Positions 1 to 8,546 of a stretch of DNA of 64,000 bases are shown one piece after another. The notes beneath the pieces were generated by a model, which was given only the letters and a program-made list of their open reading frames with translations, made no database searches and was not told where the DNA came from. The translations under genes were made by a program, and so were the position numbers. The stretch is from a virus. Taxonomy: Duplodnaviria > Caudoviricetes. The stretch covers positions 64,001-128,000 of IMG/VR virus record IMGVR_UViG_3300033120_000574; one strand, given 5' to 3'. Numbering within the stretch: the first letter of the stretch is position 1; every line of letters starts with the position of its first letter.

Positions 1-1215
1 CCTACCATTACGATTCTTGTTGATGAAGATACGCATGATGTTCAACTCTTTCTCTTCCTTCGTTTGTGCAAGGATTAGAGCAGCATCAGCAGTGAACAAG
101 CGGCTAATACTTCCAGAAAGTCCAGTTTCGTCTGCAGTTTCCATAGCCATACCAGAACGATTAAGCTGAAGCGCTGACCATATACGAATGTCAAACTCTT
201 TGGACATACCACGAACAGCTTTAACAACTGCCGCTTGTTCTTGGTTAACATCATGGTAATTGCGATGTGGCTTCATCAAATCCAAGTAGTCAATGATAAC
301 TAGCTTTGGTGTAACACCAATGGAAGACAGCTGTTTGTAGTGTGACTTGATTGTATAGATCGTTGCTTCGTCTTCTGGGTATTCCTTAATGATTAGGTTG
401 TTTCCAAACTTAGCGTGCAAGTCATGCAATGACTTGTAAGCTTGGTTATTTAAGCTTTTGAGTTCATTGTGTTTGATATAGCAGAATAGTGAGTCGAACC
501 TGTCTGCGATGTCTTCAGCACTCATCTCAAGTGTGTAGTAACACACCTGTTGACCTAGTAAGATACCAACACGAGATAGCCATTCCAAGAAGATGGACTT
601 ACCTCTACCGGAACCACCCACAACCAAACCAAGTTGCTTGGTCTTTAAACCACCATTCATCATCTCGTCCAACTCGGGAATGCCTGTGCTCAGCTTACGT
701 TCTTCTTCCTTTGCTGCTCGGTGTTCTAATCGATCTTGAAATTCTTGAAAGTAGTTTGTGCCTACAGTAAGGATATCCATGCCAGTGTTGGACGCCTTTT
801 GAACAATGTCAACAACTTCATCCCATCGCTCTTCCTTCACCAGATCAAAGGAATCTAGGATCGCTTGCTTCATACTTTGTGTACGTATGAACTTCAAGAA
901 AGTTGCTTGAATGTGTTCAACCTCTGTTGGCAGCGGAGGTTTTGCTACAAAGTTGTAGTAAGAGGCTACCTTATCAACGTCTGATTCTCGAATCGTCTTT
1001 GTCTTTGCAGCTTTTATTAACTCTTCACGCAGAGTTACAGCTGAGAGACTGGTTGCGGCATTCTTGATTATAGAGAAATACCACTGCAATGCACGGTTTG
1101 CGAAGTGAGTATCGTCAATAGCGTTGGAAGCAATATCCTTAAACGAAGGATTATGCAACATATATGCGAGTACTTTAACTTGGTACTCTTCTGTATAGAG
1201 AACTGTCTCGGTCAT
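1..1215 (-). CDS. dnaB: DnaB-like replicative helicase (3' end runs off the window)
   Basis: Not in the ORF track; translated by hand from ATG at 1215 (MTETVLYTEEYQ...). Contains STGIPELD, Walker A GGSGRGKS, YYTLEMS, Walker B VIIDYLDL, QLNR and KNRNG. Confidence 0.9.
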   Translation of the reverse strand, partial: MTETVLYTEEYQVKVLAYMLHNPSFKDIASNAIDDTHFANRALQWYFSIIKNAATSLSAVTLREELIKAAKTKTIRESDVDKVASYYNFVAKPPLPTEVEHIQATFLKFIRTQSMKQAILDSFDLVKEERWDEVVDIVQKASNTGMDILTVGTNYFQEFQDRLEHRAAKEEERKLSTGIPELDEMMNGGLKTKQLGLVVGGSGRGKSIFLEWLSRVGILLGQQVCYYTLEMSAEDIADRFDSLFCYIKHNELKSLNNQAYKSLHDLHAKFGNNLIIKEYPEDEATIYTIKSHYKQLSSIGVTPKLVIIDYLDLMKPHRNYHDVNQEQAAVVKAVRGMSKEFDIRIWSALQLNRSGMAMETADETGLSGSISRLFTADAALILAQTKEEKELNIMRIFINKNRNGR

Positions 1216-1841
1216 TTAATAGCTTTCCACACAGGGTCGACGTCTAAGAAGGATTGAGGAAACATGGCTAGGTGGTTCTTAACCAACTTGGTGTATACCT
1301 CTTCTCTGGACATAGACTGTGCACGCATAAGGTCTGCCATGTGTTTTTCACAACGGCGAAACAAATCTCCCATAGGTACGTTGGCAGGAATGTTATCTGT
1401 TGTGACTCGCTTTGGTGCAGTTGCAGCTGCCCTACAAACAGCGGCGTCAGTGGTAAGTTGAACCACTTCTGGTGGCTTCTTAAATGCTTGGTGAAACCAA
1501 GCAAACTGACTGCGCACAAAAGACTCAGCATCAGTATTGGCTGTGTTGATGGCAGCCGCTACACGCTTCCACAAAGCTAAGCCTTTTGGTGTAAAGTCCG
1601 TCTGGTGAGCTTGCGCATTAAACGTGCCAGTGTACTCACTAAGTATATGATAGTACGTAGACCTTGCGACAAATGCCTCTAGGTGATCTAGAGGCACGTT
1701 TTGATTTTCCTTGTTCAATAGCTGCTTAACCTGTGCAGCTATGTTCGATACTTTCTTCTCATGTCTGTCAGTAGCAGCCATGCTTTTAATTAGAGTTGCA
1801 CAACGCTTTTCTTGAACCAGGCGAAGAATATCTATAGTCAT
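1212..1841 (-). CDS. hypothetical protein (possible helicase loader or replication accessory)
   Basis: 209 aa ORF coupled by an ATGA overlap to the DnaB-like gene; function inferred from position only. Confidence 0.6.
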   Translation of the reverse strand: MTIDILRLVQEKRCATLIKSMAATDRHEKKVSNIAAQVKQLLNKENQNVPLDHLEAFVARSTYYHILSEYTGTFNAQAHQTDFTPKGLALWKRVAAAINTANTDAESFVRSQFAWFHQAFKKPPEVVQLTTDAAVCRAAATAPKRVTTDNIPANVPMGDLFRRCEKHMADLMRAQSMSREEVYTKLVKNHLAMFPQSFLDVDPVWKAIK

Positions 1842-2191
1842 TGTTTACTCATGATCTTTTCGTAAGCTGTTTTTGCCTGTAAAAACAATGCATTATCCCC
1901 ACCTTGATCTGGATGCAAGGTCTTTACAAGTTCTCGCCAAACAGCCTTCACTATAGCGTCTGGGGCGCTAGGGAGCAAGTGAAGGATCGCGTATGGGTTG
2001 GTGTTATTTTCACCAGGCGCCAAAAAGGTACGCAACTCTGGCTCATACCGCAAAAGTACATACCAAGAGTTCCCAACGAACTGTCTATGGTGTGACTTCA
2101 ATGCACGGATCCAGCTAACAGCTAATGGTGGCGGACTCTTTACTTCAATCCAACCAGACCAATATCCTGAGTCGTGTACGATAAGTTGCAT
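1838..2191 (-). CDS. J-domain (DnaJ-like) protein
   Basis: C-terminal NPYAILHL...VKAVWRELVKTLHPDQGG...AYEKI with the HPD motif. Confidence 0.85.
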   Translation of the reverse strand: MQLIVHDSGYWSGWIEVKSPPPLAVSWIRALKSHHRQFVGNSWYVLLRYEPELRTFLAPGENNTNPYAILHLLPSAPDAIVKAVWRELVKTLHPDQGGDNALFLQAKTAYEKIMSKQ

Positions 2192-2212
2192 CGTACATAA
2201 CTTGTCACAGGT

Positions 2213-2620
2213 TCAGTACAATTCAACTTCAATTAGAGTTCTATACGGATAAAACTCTGTGTTGGATGCAACAGCTGTTGGACGTAGTGGATTTTGTGGT
2301 CTACCTAGAGTAGCTTCTTTAGACAAGAAACGTAATCTGGTTAGGCTAAAGTATGGGATGTCTGCCTGTATCGATTGTGATACCGCAGTGCCAAGACGGT
2401 TCATTTCCTGAAACTCCAAAGAAAGTACCTTGTTCACTGTGTCATTTCGTACAACTAACCCAGTAAAACGCTGGATGTCATCCTTGGCAAAACGCGTAGG
2501 CTTGTTTGGTACATAGCGGTACATCTGTTTTGTAGCACCTATGTATGCCTTACGTAAGGCATACCCTAGACGCATCCAGCCCATAACATTGTCACCAGGC
2601 TTTAGTTCAACGACTTTCAT
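2213..2620 (-). CDS. hypothetical protein
   Basis: 135 aa ORF overlapping the helicase stop, within the operon. Confidence 0.65.
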   Translation of the reverse strand: MKVVELKPGDNVMGWMRLGYALRKAYIGATKQMYRYVPNKPTRFAKDDIQRFTGLVVRNDTVNKVLSLEFQEMNRLGTAVSQSIQADIPYFSLTRLRFLSKEATLGRPQNPLRPTAVASNTEFYPYRTLIEVELY

Positions 2621-4058
2621 TCCAAAGCTTCCTAACTAGTTCTATGTCTGGAGGACTTTGGTAAAGTGGGAAACACTCTTCCTTCTTGTAATCTTCATAC
2701 CTGACTAGCGAATGGCGTAGCAAGTGGTCATGGCAGTAGTTAGCAAACTCAACTGCGATTAGCTTGTTTCCCCGAAGACCACGTCCAAGACGTTGCATGG
2801 TCTTGATCTTGCTCTTACGTGAACCTGCCAGAATCAAAGCATCAATCGTAGGAACGTCAACACCTTCATCTAATATCGATGAGCTAACCAAAACTGGAAG
2901 TCTTCCCTCTGCGAAATCCTTCAAGGTGTTCTTACGTGTCTCCGAATCCTCGGAACCATGAATAAACTGGTGAGGAATGAACTGTCCATCTGTTGCAGTC
3001 CATAGCGCCTCATCAATCGCTTTGCCATGTGCGATCTCTTCACAGAGAATCAGCGTTCCCATCTTTAGTTCGGAGAATATCTTAGCCCAAGCAACTACGG
3101 ATGCCAAAGCTACTGGATTGTCCACGATTCCTTGCTTGTATGCAGTCGGATAAGTCAACTTCTTTGGCAAGACTGGAGAAGTGATCTTAGTCCAAATAAT
3201 GGATGTCTTTGCGCTTATTCCACGCTCCATAAGGAACTTGTTTGGAATGTCTACAATAACATCTCCAATGGCTGCAATGAGTCGCAAGTTAGCACCATCA
3301 GTGCGATCCATGGGTGTGCCGGACAAACCAAATCGGTACGCAGCAGGGCACAGCATACAAATCTCATACCATGTTTCAGACCCCATGTGATGCGCTTCGT
3401 CTGCGAACAACACTTGGATTCCTTGTAAGAATGCTTGACATTCCGGAGTCTCCACACGAGATTCCAATGTACCAATCGTAGCAATAGTTACAAAGCTGCC
3501 AGGTTCCCAATGACCATCACCAATCAAACCAATCTCTTTGTCACCAAGTCCTAGACGCTTCCTAAAGCGTTCACGTGCTTGGTAAAGTAGCTCTTTGGTT
3601 GTGACTGCGAATAGAGTTTGCAGTCCGAGGTGTTTAGTGATTGCACAAGCAATCTCGCTCTTGCCCCCGCCAGTAGCAACACGAATGATACCTTGCTTCT
3701 CTTTCACTGCTGTCTGTGCAGTGGTGAGTTGGTAATCGTACTTGCCCGTCATAGACACGCCTACAAGGTCGTAGGAGGTGCCCAAGCGAGTAGGGGTTAC
3801 TCGGTGGTCTACTTTCGTGTAGACAGTCTCTGTAGTTGCCAAAACCTCTTCAACGATACGTAGCAACCCAGTTGGAAAGCTGTTGGATGTGGCCTTGAAC
3901 AAATGCTTCCGTCCATCCCACACCTTAGACTTAAACGCCTTAGAGAACTTGGCACCCTCTACAGGGTAGGAGGTCGCTAAGCGAATAGCAGCTTTTGGAA
4001 ACGGTCCGGAGATCTTAGACACAGGTCCGTAGATGTCAATCTGTACTTGTTCGTCCAT
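2607..4058 (-). CDS. SF2 DEAH-box helicase (UvsW-like)
   Basis: Motifs ATGGGKS, DEAHH, SGT, EGVDVP and QRLGRGLR. Confidence 0.92.
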   Translation of the reverse strand: MDEQVQIDIYGPVSKISGPFPKAAIRLATSYPVEGAKFSKAFKSKVWDGRKHLFKATSNSFPTGLLRIVEEVLATTETVYTKVDHRVTPTRLGTSYDLVGVSMTGKYDYQLTTAQTAVKEKQGIIRVATGGGKSEIACAITKHLGLQTLFAVTTKELLYQARERFRKRLGLGDKEIGLIGDGHWEPGSFVTIATIGTLESRVETPECQAFLQGIQVLFADEAHHMGSETWYEICMLCPAAYRFGLSGTPMDRTDGANLRLIAAIGDVIVDIPNKFLMERGISAKTSIIWTKITSPVLPKKLTYPTAYKQGIVDNPVALASVVAWAKIFSELKMGTLILCEEIAHGKAIDEALWTATDGQFIPHQFIHGSEDSETRKNTLKDFAEGRLPVLVSSSILDEGVDVPTIDALILAGSRKSKIKTMQRLGRGLRGNKLIAVEFANYCHDHLLRHSLVRYEDYKKEECFPLYQSPPDIELVRKLWNESR

Positions 4059-4494
4059 TGGCTTTTACTAGCAGACTGCTCGCAGGAAGCAACGTAGAGG
4101 ATGGAAGTATGTCCAAATAGCTGGAAGAAGGAGTCCAAGAGTAAACAGTACTTTGACCTTGTAACTTCTTGAAAGCGGAGACGTTTAAGGTCTTAACACT
4201 AGGAGTGTCTAGTTCTTTCGTAAAAATGCCAGCACGTATGGAGTTGGGTTTATCGTGCCATTTGAAGTAAGCAATCAATAGTTTGCCCTCAGGCACTACT
4301 TCGTTGAATATGAAGTTCACACGTTTCACCAAAATATCCATGCATCCAATGTTTGCAGGACAATGGTCATTCTTGAAACAATGTAATGGATGGTAGTTTG
4401 GGTAGTGATCCAAGAGGGATGAGCACTCTGGATACAAGAATTTAAGTGGTATGAAAACTGTGTGTTTTTGGAAGACAAAGTAATTGTAGGTCAT
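4036..4494 (-). CDS. hypothetical protein
   Basis: Start reassigned to the ATG at 4494 (MTYNYF), which overlaps the upstream TGA. Confidence 0.65.
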   Translation of the reverse strand: MTYNYFVFQKHTVFIPLKFLYPECSSLLDHYPNYHPLHCFKNDHCPANIGCMDILVKRVNFIFNEVVPEGKLLIAYFKWHDKPNSIRAGIFTKELDTPSVKTLNVSAFKKLQGQSTVYSWTPSSSYLDILPSSTLLPASSLLVKANGRTSTD

Positions 4495-5312
4495 AGTTTG
4501 TATGCGCCACGCTTCATCAACGTAGCATGCTTCGCAAAAACTTTCCAAAGATCTGGAGTCATGAAGTTTTCTGCCCAACCAATCAAAGCCTCAACAGGTT
4601 CACCTTCATTAACGAACTCAAATAAATGTGCATCAAGTTCTTTGGCAGTCTTGGCACGATAACCAGTCGCAGTCTTAGCATATGTACCAAAATTAGGAAC
4701 TAGTTGAATCTTGCGATCTCCAATCGCAGCTAGGAAATCTGCGATAGACCTATCTACTACACCATCGTCTGTATAGGTTTGTCCACCAGCAAAGCATTTG
4801 CCTGGATAATGAATTGCCATAGCTGCCAGGAACGCCAGCAGGGGAAACCACTTCATACGTACACCAGAACCAAATGTGGACAAGCCTAATACAATATCAG
4901 GAAACCTTGCGTGAATGAGGTTTATAAGCTTTGTGGCTCCAGCATTGGCTCTGGTTTTACCTGCACCCGATGCAGCTCTTGTTGGGTTTGATCCAAGCTC
5001 AGGATCTAGTAGAATATTAGCACCAGTAGTTCCTACACAACGTGCCATCGCGTTTACAAAAGCTTCTTCACGTCCTAGGAATGGGTATCCCCAAATATAT
5101 GGAACCAGTCCTGCAGCCTTTGCGGCTTCAATAAGCTTGATACACGTAGTTGGACTATTGAGATAGCGAAGCCCCTCTGGGTCATCATCCCAAGGCCCAG
5201 CGATAGCTATCCAGCTAGCTCCGTTAGCTTTGAATTTCTGCATTAAAGCTTTTGGAGTGCCATGTTCTCTTTCAATGTAGCGACGTAAGTAGAGTGCAAA
5301 TCCTTGTGGCAT
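4491..5312 (-). CDS. putative endolysin, TIM-barrel glycoside hydrolase-like
   Basis: Start MPQGFALY at 5312 with a GGAGG SD. Pattern WIAI...GLVPYIWGY...ILLDPE resembles GH25-like barrels. Adjacent to spanin-like genes. Confidence 0.55.
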   Translation of the reverse strand: MPQGFALYLRRYIEREHGTPKALMQKFKANGASWIAIAGPWDDDPEGLRYLNSPTTCIKLIEAAKAAGLVPYIWGYPFLGREEAFVNAMARCVGTTGANILLDPELGSNPTRAASGAGKTRANAGATKLINLIHARFPDIVLGLSTFGSGVRMKWFPLLAFLAAMAIHYPGKCFAGGQTYTDDGVVDRSIADFLAAIGDRKIQLVPNFGTYAKTATGYRAKTAKELDAHLFEFVNEGEPVEALIGWAENFMTPDLWKVFAKHATLMKRGAYKL

Positions 5313-5320
5313 AATTCCTC

Positions 5321-5767
5321 CTATAAGGCAAGCAAGGCACCAAAAACAACAGTTGTAACTAACAGAACACCAGCAACAACCCAAGGCACTAAATCCCATT
5401 CATTGCTAGATCTGAGTTGTACGTTTTCTTGCAAAGCAACATCAAGGGCTTGTGAAAGTCTCACTCGCTCAGCATCTAAAGTCGTGTGAATATCAGTACA
5501 CGCTGTCAATGCAACCTGTAAGTGTGTTTGAGCTTCTTCAAGAAGAGATATCTGCGTTGCTTGTGCAGCAGCTGTTGTCTCAGTCAAACGCAAGTCATTG
5601 TCCATGTTGAGCAATTCTTGAAACTCAGGCAAAGTGTAACCTTGGTATGTTACGCTGTTCACGGTGAGTCTTGAACCAACAGGCAAACGATACCGAGTAT
5701 ACGTTTGTGCAAATACAACACTGGGTACCAGCCAACACAAAAGTATAAAGCTACTCCACTTTAGCAT
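5321..5767 (-). CDS. secreted coiled-coil protein with C-terminal TM helix (spanin-like)
   Basis: Signal peptide ending VVFA|Q, heptad-rich middle, hydrophobic C-terminus WDLVPWVVAGVLLVTTVVFGALLAL. Confidence 0.55.
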   Translation of the reverse strand: MLKWSSFILLCWLVPSVVFAQTYTRYRLPVGSRLTVNSVTYQGYTLPEFQELLNMDNDLRLTETTAAAQATQISLLEEAQTHLQVALTACTDIHTTLDAERVRLSQALDVALQENVQLRSSNEWDLVPWVVAGVLLVTTVVFGALLAL

Positions 5768-6140
5768 CTACATCACTCCATGTATTTAGACTTTGGATTA
5801 GGTCTCGGTTTTCAGCATGTGTGTACCTTAGCTGAGAGAGCTTTCCATTTATCTCTTCCACACGAATCACAGCTTGCTCAGCAGCTAGTGCAGCCTTTTG
5901 TTGTTTGTCAGTTAGGTTAGATACTTCTCCAAGTACAGCAGCAGATCGAATCTCTGCTTGTAGCAAATCTTTCTCATGCTGGAGACGCACAATCTCGTCT
6001 GACCGCAACTTCATTCTTAGCGAGAAGACAAATAAGAGTACAACAACTAGTAACGTTACAACGCTACCAATAAGCCATTTACGCCAACCGGTTGGATTGC
6101 TCTTCTTGTAGTTTTCTATATAATCAAGTATTTTTTGCAT
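5751..6140 (-). CDS. i-spanin-like membrane protein
   Basis: Start MQKILDY at 6140; N-terminal TM (WLIGSVVTLLVVVLLFVFSL) followed by a coiled coil; overlaps the next gene. Confidence 0.55.
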   Translation of the reverse strand: MQKILDYIENYKKSNPTGWRKWLIGSVVTLLVVVLLFVFSLRMKLRSDEIVRLQHEKDLLQAEIRSAAVLGEVSNLTDKQQKAALAAEQAVIRVEEINGKLSQLRYTHAENRDLIQSLNTWSDVDAKVE

Positions 6141-6142
6141 AA

Positions 6143-6552
6143 TCAGATACTCCCGAATTTCAATGTGAGTAGGACTCCATTGCAGCAATCTGCGGCCCCG
6201 TAGCGACGCCTGACATGAATGACGACCTCGCCAATCGTGACGGTGGTCGCGCCACCAGCGGCCAAAGCAGCATCTACAGCGTCCATCTCCGCATCGGTCC
6301 ACTCCGTGTCAGCGAAAACAAGTTCTCCGATCGCACCGATACAGCGATAGAAACTAGGCGGTGAGACGATACCCACGATCACGCCGAGGCGGGACGGCAG
6401 GCAGTCCGGGAGGCGTGCGGGAGGGAACCAGTGAGGAGCGATGTTCATGCCGGGTTGTCGGGGCGGGCGCGCGAGGGTTGCTACCAGCGCGCAGATATTG
6501 CCGCGTCTACCGCATCCATAGTCGCGTCGCTCCACACAGTTTGGATAGTCAT
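6143..6552 (-). pseudogene. relic fragments of tail-fibre (LamG-like) C-termini
   Basis: Mini-ORF 6481-6552 (MTIQTVWSDATMDAVDAAISARW) and IGELVFADTEWTDAEMDAVDAALAA both resemble the C-terminus of 6549-8204. Confidence 0.5.
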
Positions 6553-8204
6553 GGCCACCGCGCGATCATGGATGCGGATAGCGCGGCAAGGTCCGCTCCC
6601 CCTATCACTGCGTCGATCAGGATGACTTCCTTGACCGCGCCGACGAGAGGAAAGACGAGACTGCCAAGGCTGCCGATAGTCAGTGCCGCGTTGGCCGAGC
6701 CGAGGCTGCCAAGGCTCATCGCGATAGGAGCGCCGTTGATGTAGACGGTGCCTCCGGTGGGACCGAAGGCCCATGAGCACACTGCACTCACGGGGTACGC
6801 GCCGACCGCTACAGACGCGTCTGGCCCTGACAAATTGCCGCGTATACGCAGACGGTCGCCGCTGCCCGTGTTTTGTACAAGCGCGCTGGTGTGGCTGTTG
6901 AGCACACTGTATTGAAGGGCCGCTTGCGATGTTCCGCCTGCGCGAAAAGCGACGGCTCCAGACGAACGCGCGCCCATCGCGAAGGCGGGTGTGACCATCT
7001 CCTGCCCTCCAGCGAATACGACCTCTCCACCGCTCACTGTAGGCCGGAGCGCACCTGCCGCAGTGGGGTGCCGTCCGTGCCCGCTCAACTCAGTCCACGA
7101 ACTGAGCAGGCCCGGAGCAAGGGTCTTCGCGTCAAGCCATATCTCTGGAGACAGTGAGAGCACGTAGTCCGCCCACGATAGCCCGTTGCTCGTGTCGACG
7201 TCTGAGCCTGCGCCATTCGTGATCGTGACCTCGCACGTGACCTCTCCGAGCATGTCCGCGCTGACGACCGTGTACGTCGACGCGGTCGCCCCGCCGATCG
7301 CGACGCCATCCCGGTGCCACTGGTACGTCGGCGTCACGGGCTCGGTGCCCGTCCACGTCCCTGGCGTGCAAGTGAGCACGCTGCCGATCGAGTACGTGCC
7401 CGAGATGGCGGGCGACGTAGCGAAAACAGGAGGTAACAAATCAACAGCAATTAGATTGCTTTCTGCGCTGGTAGAGCCCACAAAGTTAACCAAAGTTACA
7501 AAACAAGTTATGTCAGTGCCTCCGTCAGCATCTACAGTAGTATATAAGTCCAGGGTCTCTCCTACAATGTCTACACCATCTCTACGCCACTGGAAGTTAA
7601 AAGCTATGGGCTCAGTGCCTCCCCATGTTCCAGGGTCACAAGTTAAAAGGTCTCCAGGTGTAGTGCCTCCAGTAATCGTTGGACTAATAATAAAGAAAGG
7701 AGCTATGAACTCTATAGGATCTCCACCACCTAGGACAACCAAAGACTCAAATGCGTCATTACGAGACCCACCAATCAGATCATCTTCAATAGAAATGGCA
7801 GTTAGAATGTTGCGGATATTTGATGTGGTACGTTTGTCAAAATGACTTGGAGTAGACTTTAGTATTTGGTCTATTTTAGTTTGTCTAGATCTGTAGGGAA
7901 ACACACGAGGCGGGTATGATATAAACGGCAAACCCTCTGTGTTGGTTAAAGTGACGAAACTCAGTCTGTATATAGTGCTGGGAGAATGCGTTGTTGTCTG
8001 TAGAAAAATAGTGTCCGTAGCTACAATGCTATCATCTGTAGGACGTAAAACGGACACTACCTGTACATTGTTAGCTGTAGAGTAACCGTATGACGCCGTG
8101 ATAACCCAGTTACTTGGGTTTAAGAAGTCACTGTCAATCCTAGCACGTTCGCTAAGTGTGACTTTTATTAGGTCAGTATTCAGGTACGTTACAGCTGTAA
8201 TCAT
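6549..8204 (-). CDS. tail fibre / receptor-binding protein with two Ig-like repeats and a LamG/ConA-like C-terminal domain
   Basis: Two repeats of P.I.G...G..LTC.PGTW.GTEP....QW.RDG, then WLDA...W...SGHGRH...EVILID. Confidence 0.7.
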   Translation of the reverse strand: MITAVTYLNTDLIKVTLSERARIDSDFLNPSNWVITASYGYSTANNVQVVSVLRPTDDSIVATDTIFLQTTTHSPSTIYRLSFVTLTNTEGLPFISYPPRVFPYRSRQTKIDQILKSTPSHFDKRTTSNIRNILTAISIEDDLIGGSRNDAFESLVVLGGGDPIEFIAPFFIISPTITGGTTPGDLLTCDPGTWGGTEPIAFNFQWRRDGVDIVGETLDLYTTVDADGGTDITCFVTLVNFVGSTSAESNLIAVDLLPPVFATSPAISGTYSIGSVLTCTPGTWTGTEPVTPTYQWHRDGVAIGGATASTYTVVSADMLGEVTCEVTITNGAGSDVDTSNGLSWADYVLSLSPEIWLDAKTLAPGLLSSWTELSGHGRHPTAAGALRPTVSGGEVVFAGGQEMVTPAFAMGARSSGAVAFRAGGTSQAALQYSVLNSHTSALVQNTGSGDRLRIRGNLSGPDASVAVGAYPVSAVCSWAFGPTGGTVYINGAPIAMSLGSLGSANAALTIGSLGSLVFPLVGAVKEVILIDAVIGGADLAALSASMIARWP

Positions 8205-8545
8205 GGTTTTGTATCTTCTATTTCAGCATCCAGCTTACTTGATGTGTCTTTACCAAGCAAGCGCATTACAGCTTTGTAGCTCCAAGCGGAGCATATTCCC
8301 GCAACCAAGCCAAACAATATACGTGTGCCTATCTCATCCCCAATAGCACTTGGCATAGGGAAAATAGGCATAACTGCAATGATTGGAGCGATCACAGCAG
8401 GATGAAAAACAATAGTACGTTTGTACCACGTTTGTTTTAAGATGCTTGGAAATGCACGTTTTACAGAGTTTCCCATATAATACACAAACACGCCCAAGAA
8501 TAAAAACGACCACCACTGCAATACGTCTGCTGCTGTCATAGTCAC
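8201..8545 (-). CDS. putative holin
   Basis: 114 aa with three hydrophobic segments and a charged C-terminal tail. Confidence 0.55.
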   Translation of the reverse strand: MTMTAADVLQWWSFLFLGVFVYYMGNSVKRAFPSILKQTWYKRTIVFHPAVIAPIIAVMPIFPMPSAIGDEIGTRILFGLVAGICSAWSYKAVMRLLGKDTSSKLDAEIEDTKP

Positions 8546-8546
8546 C

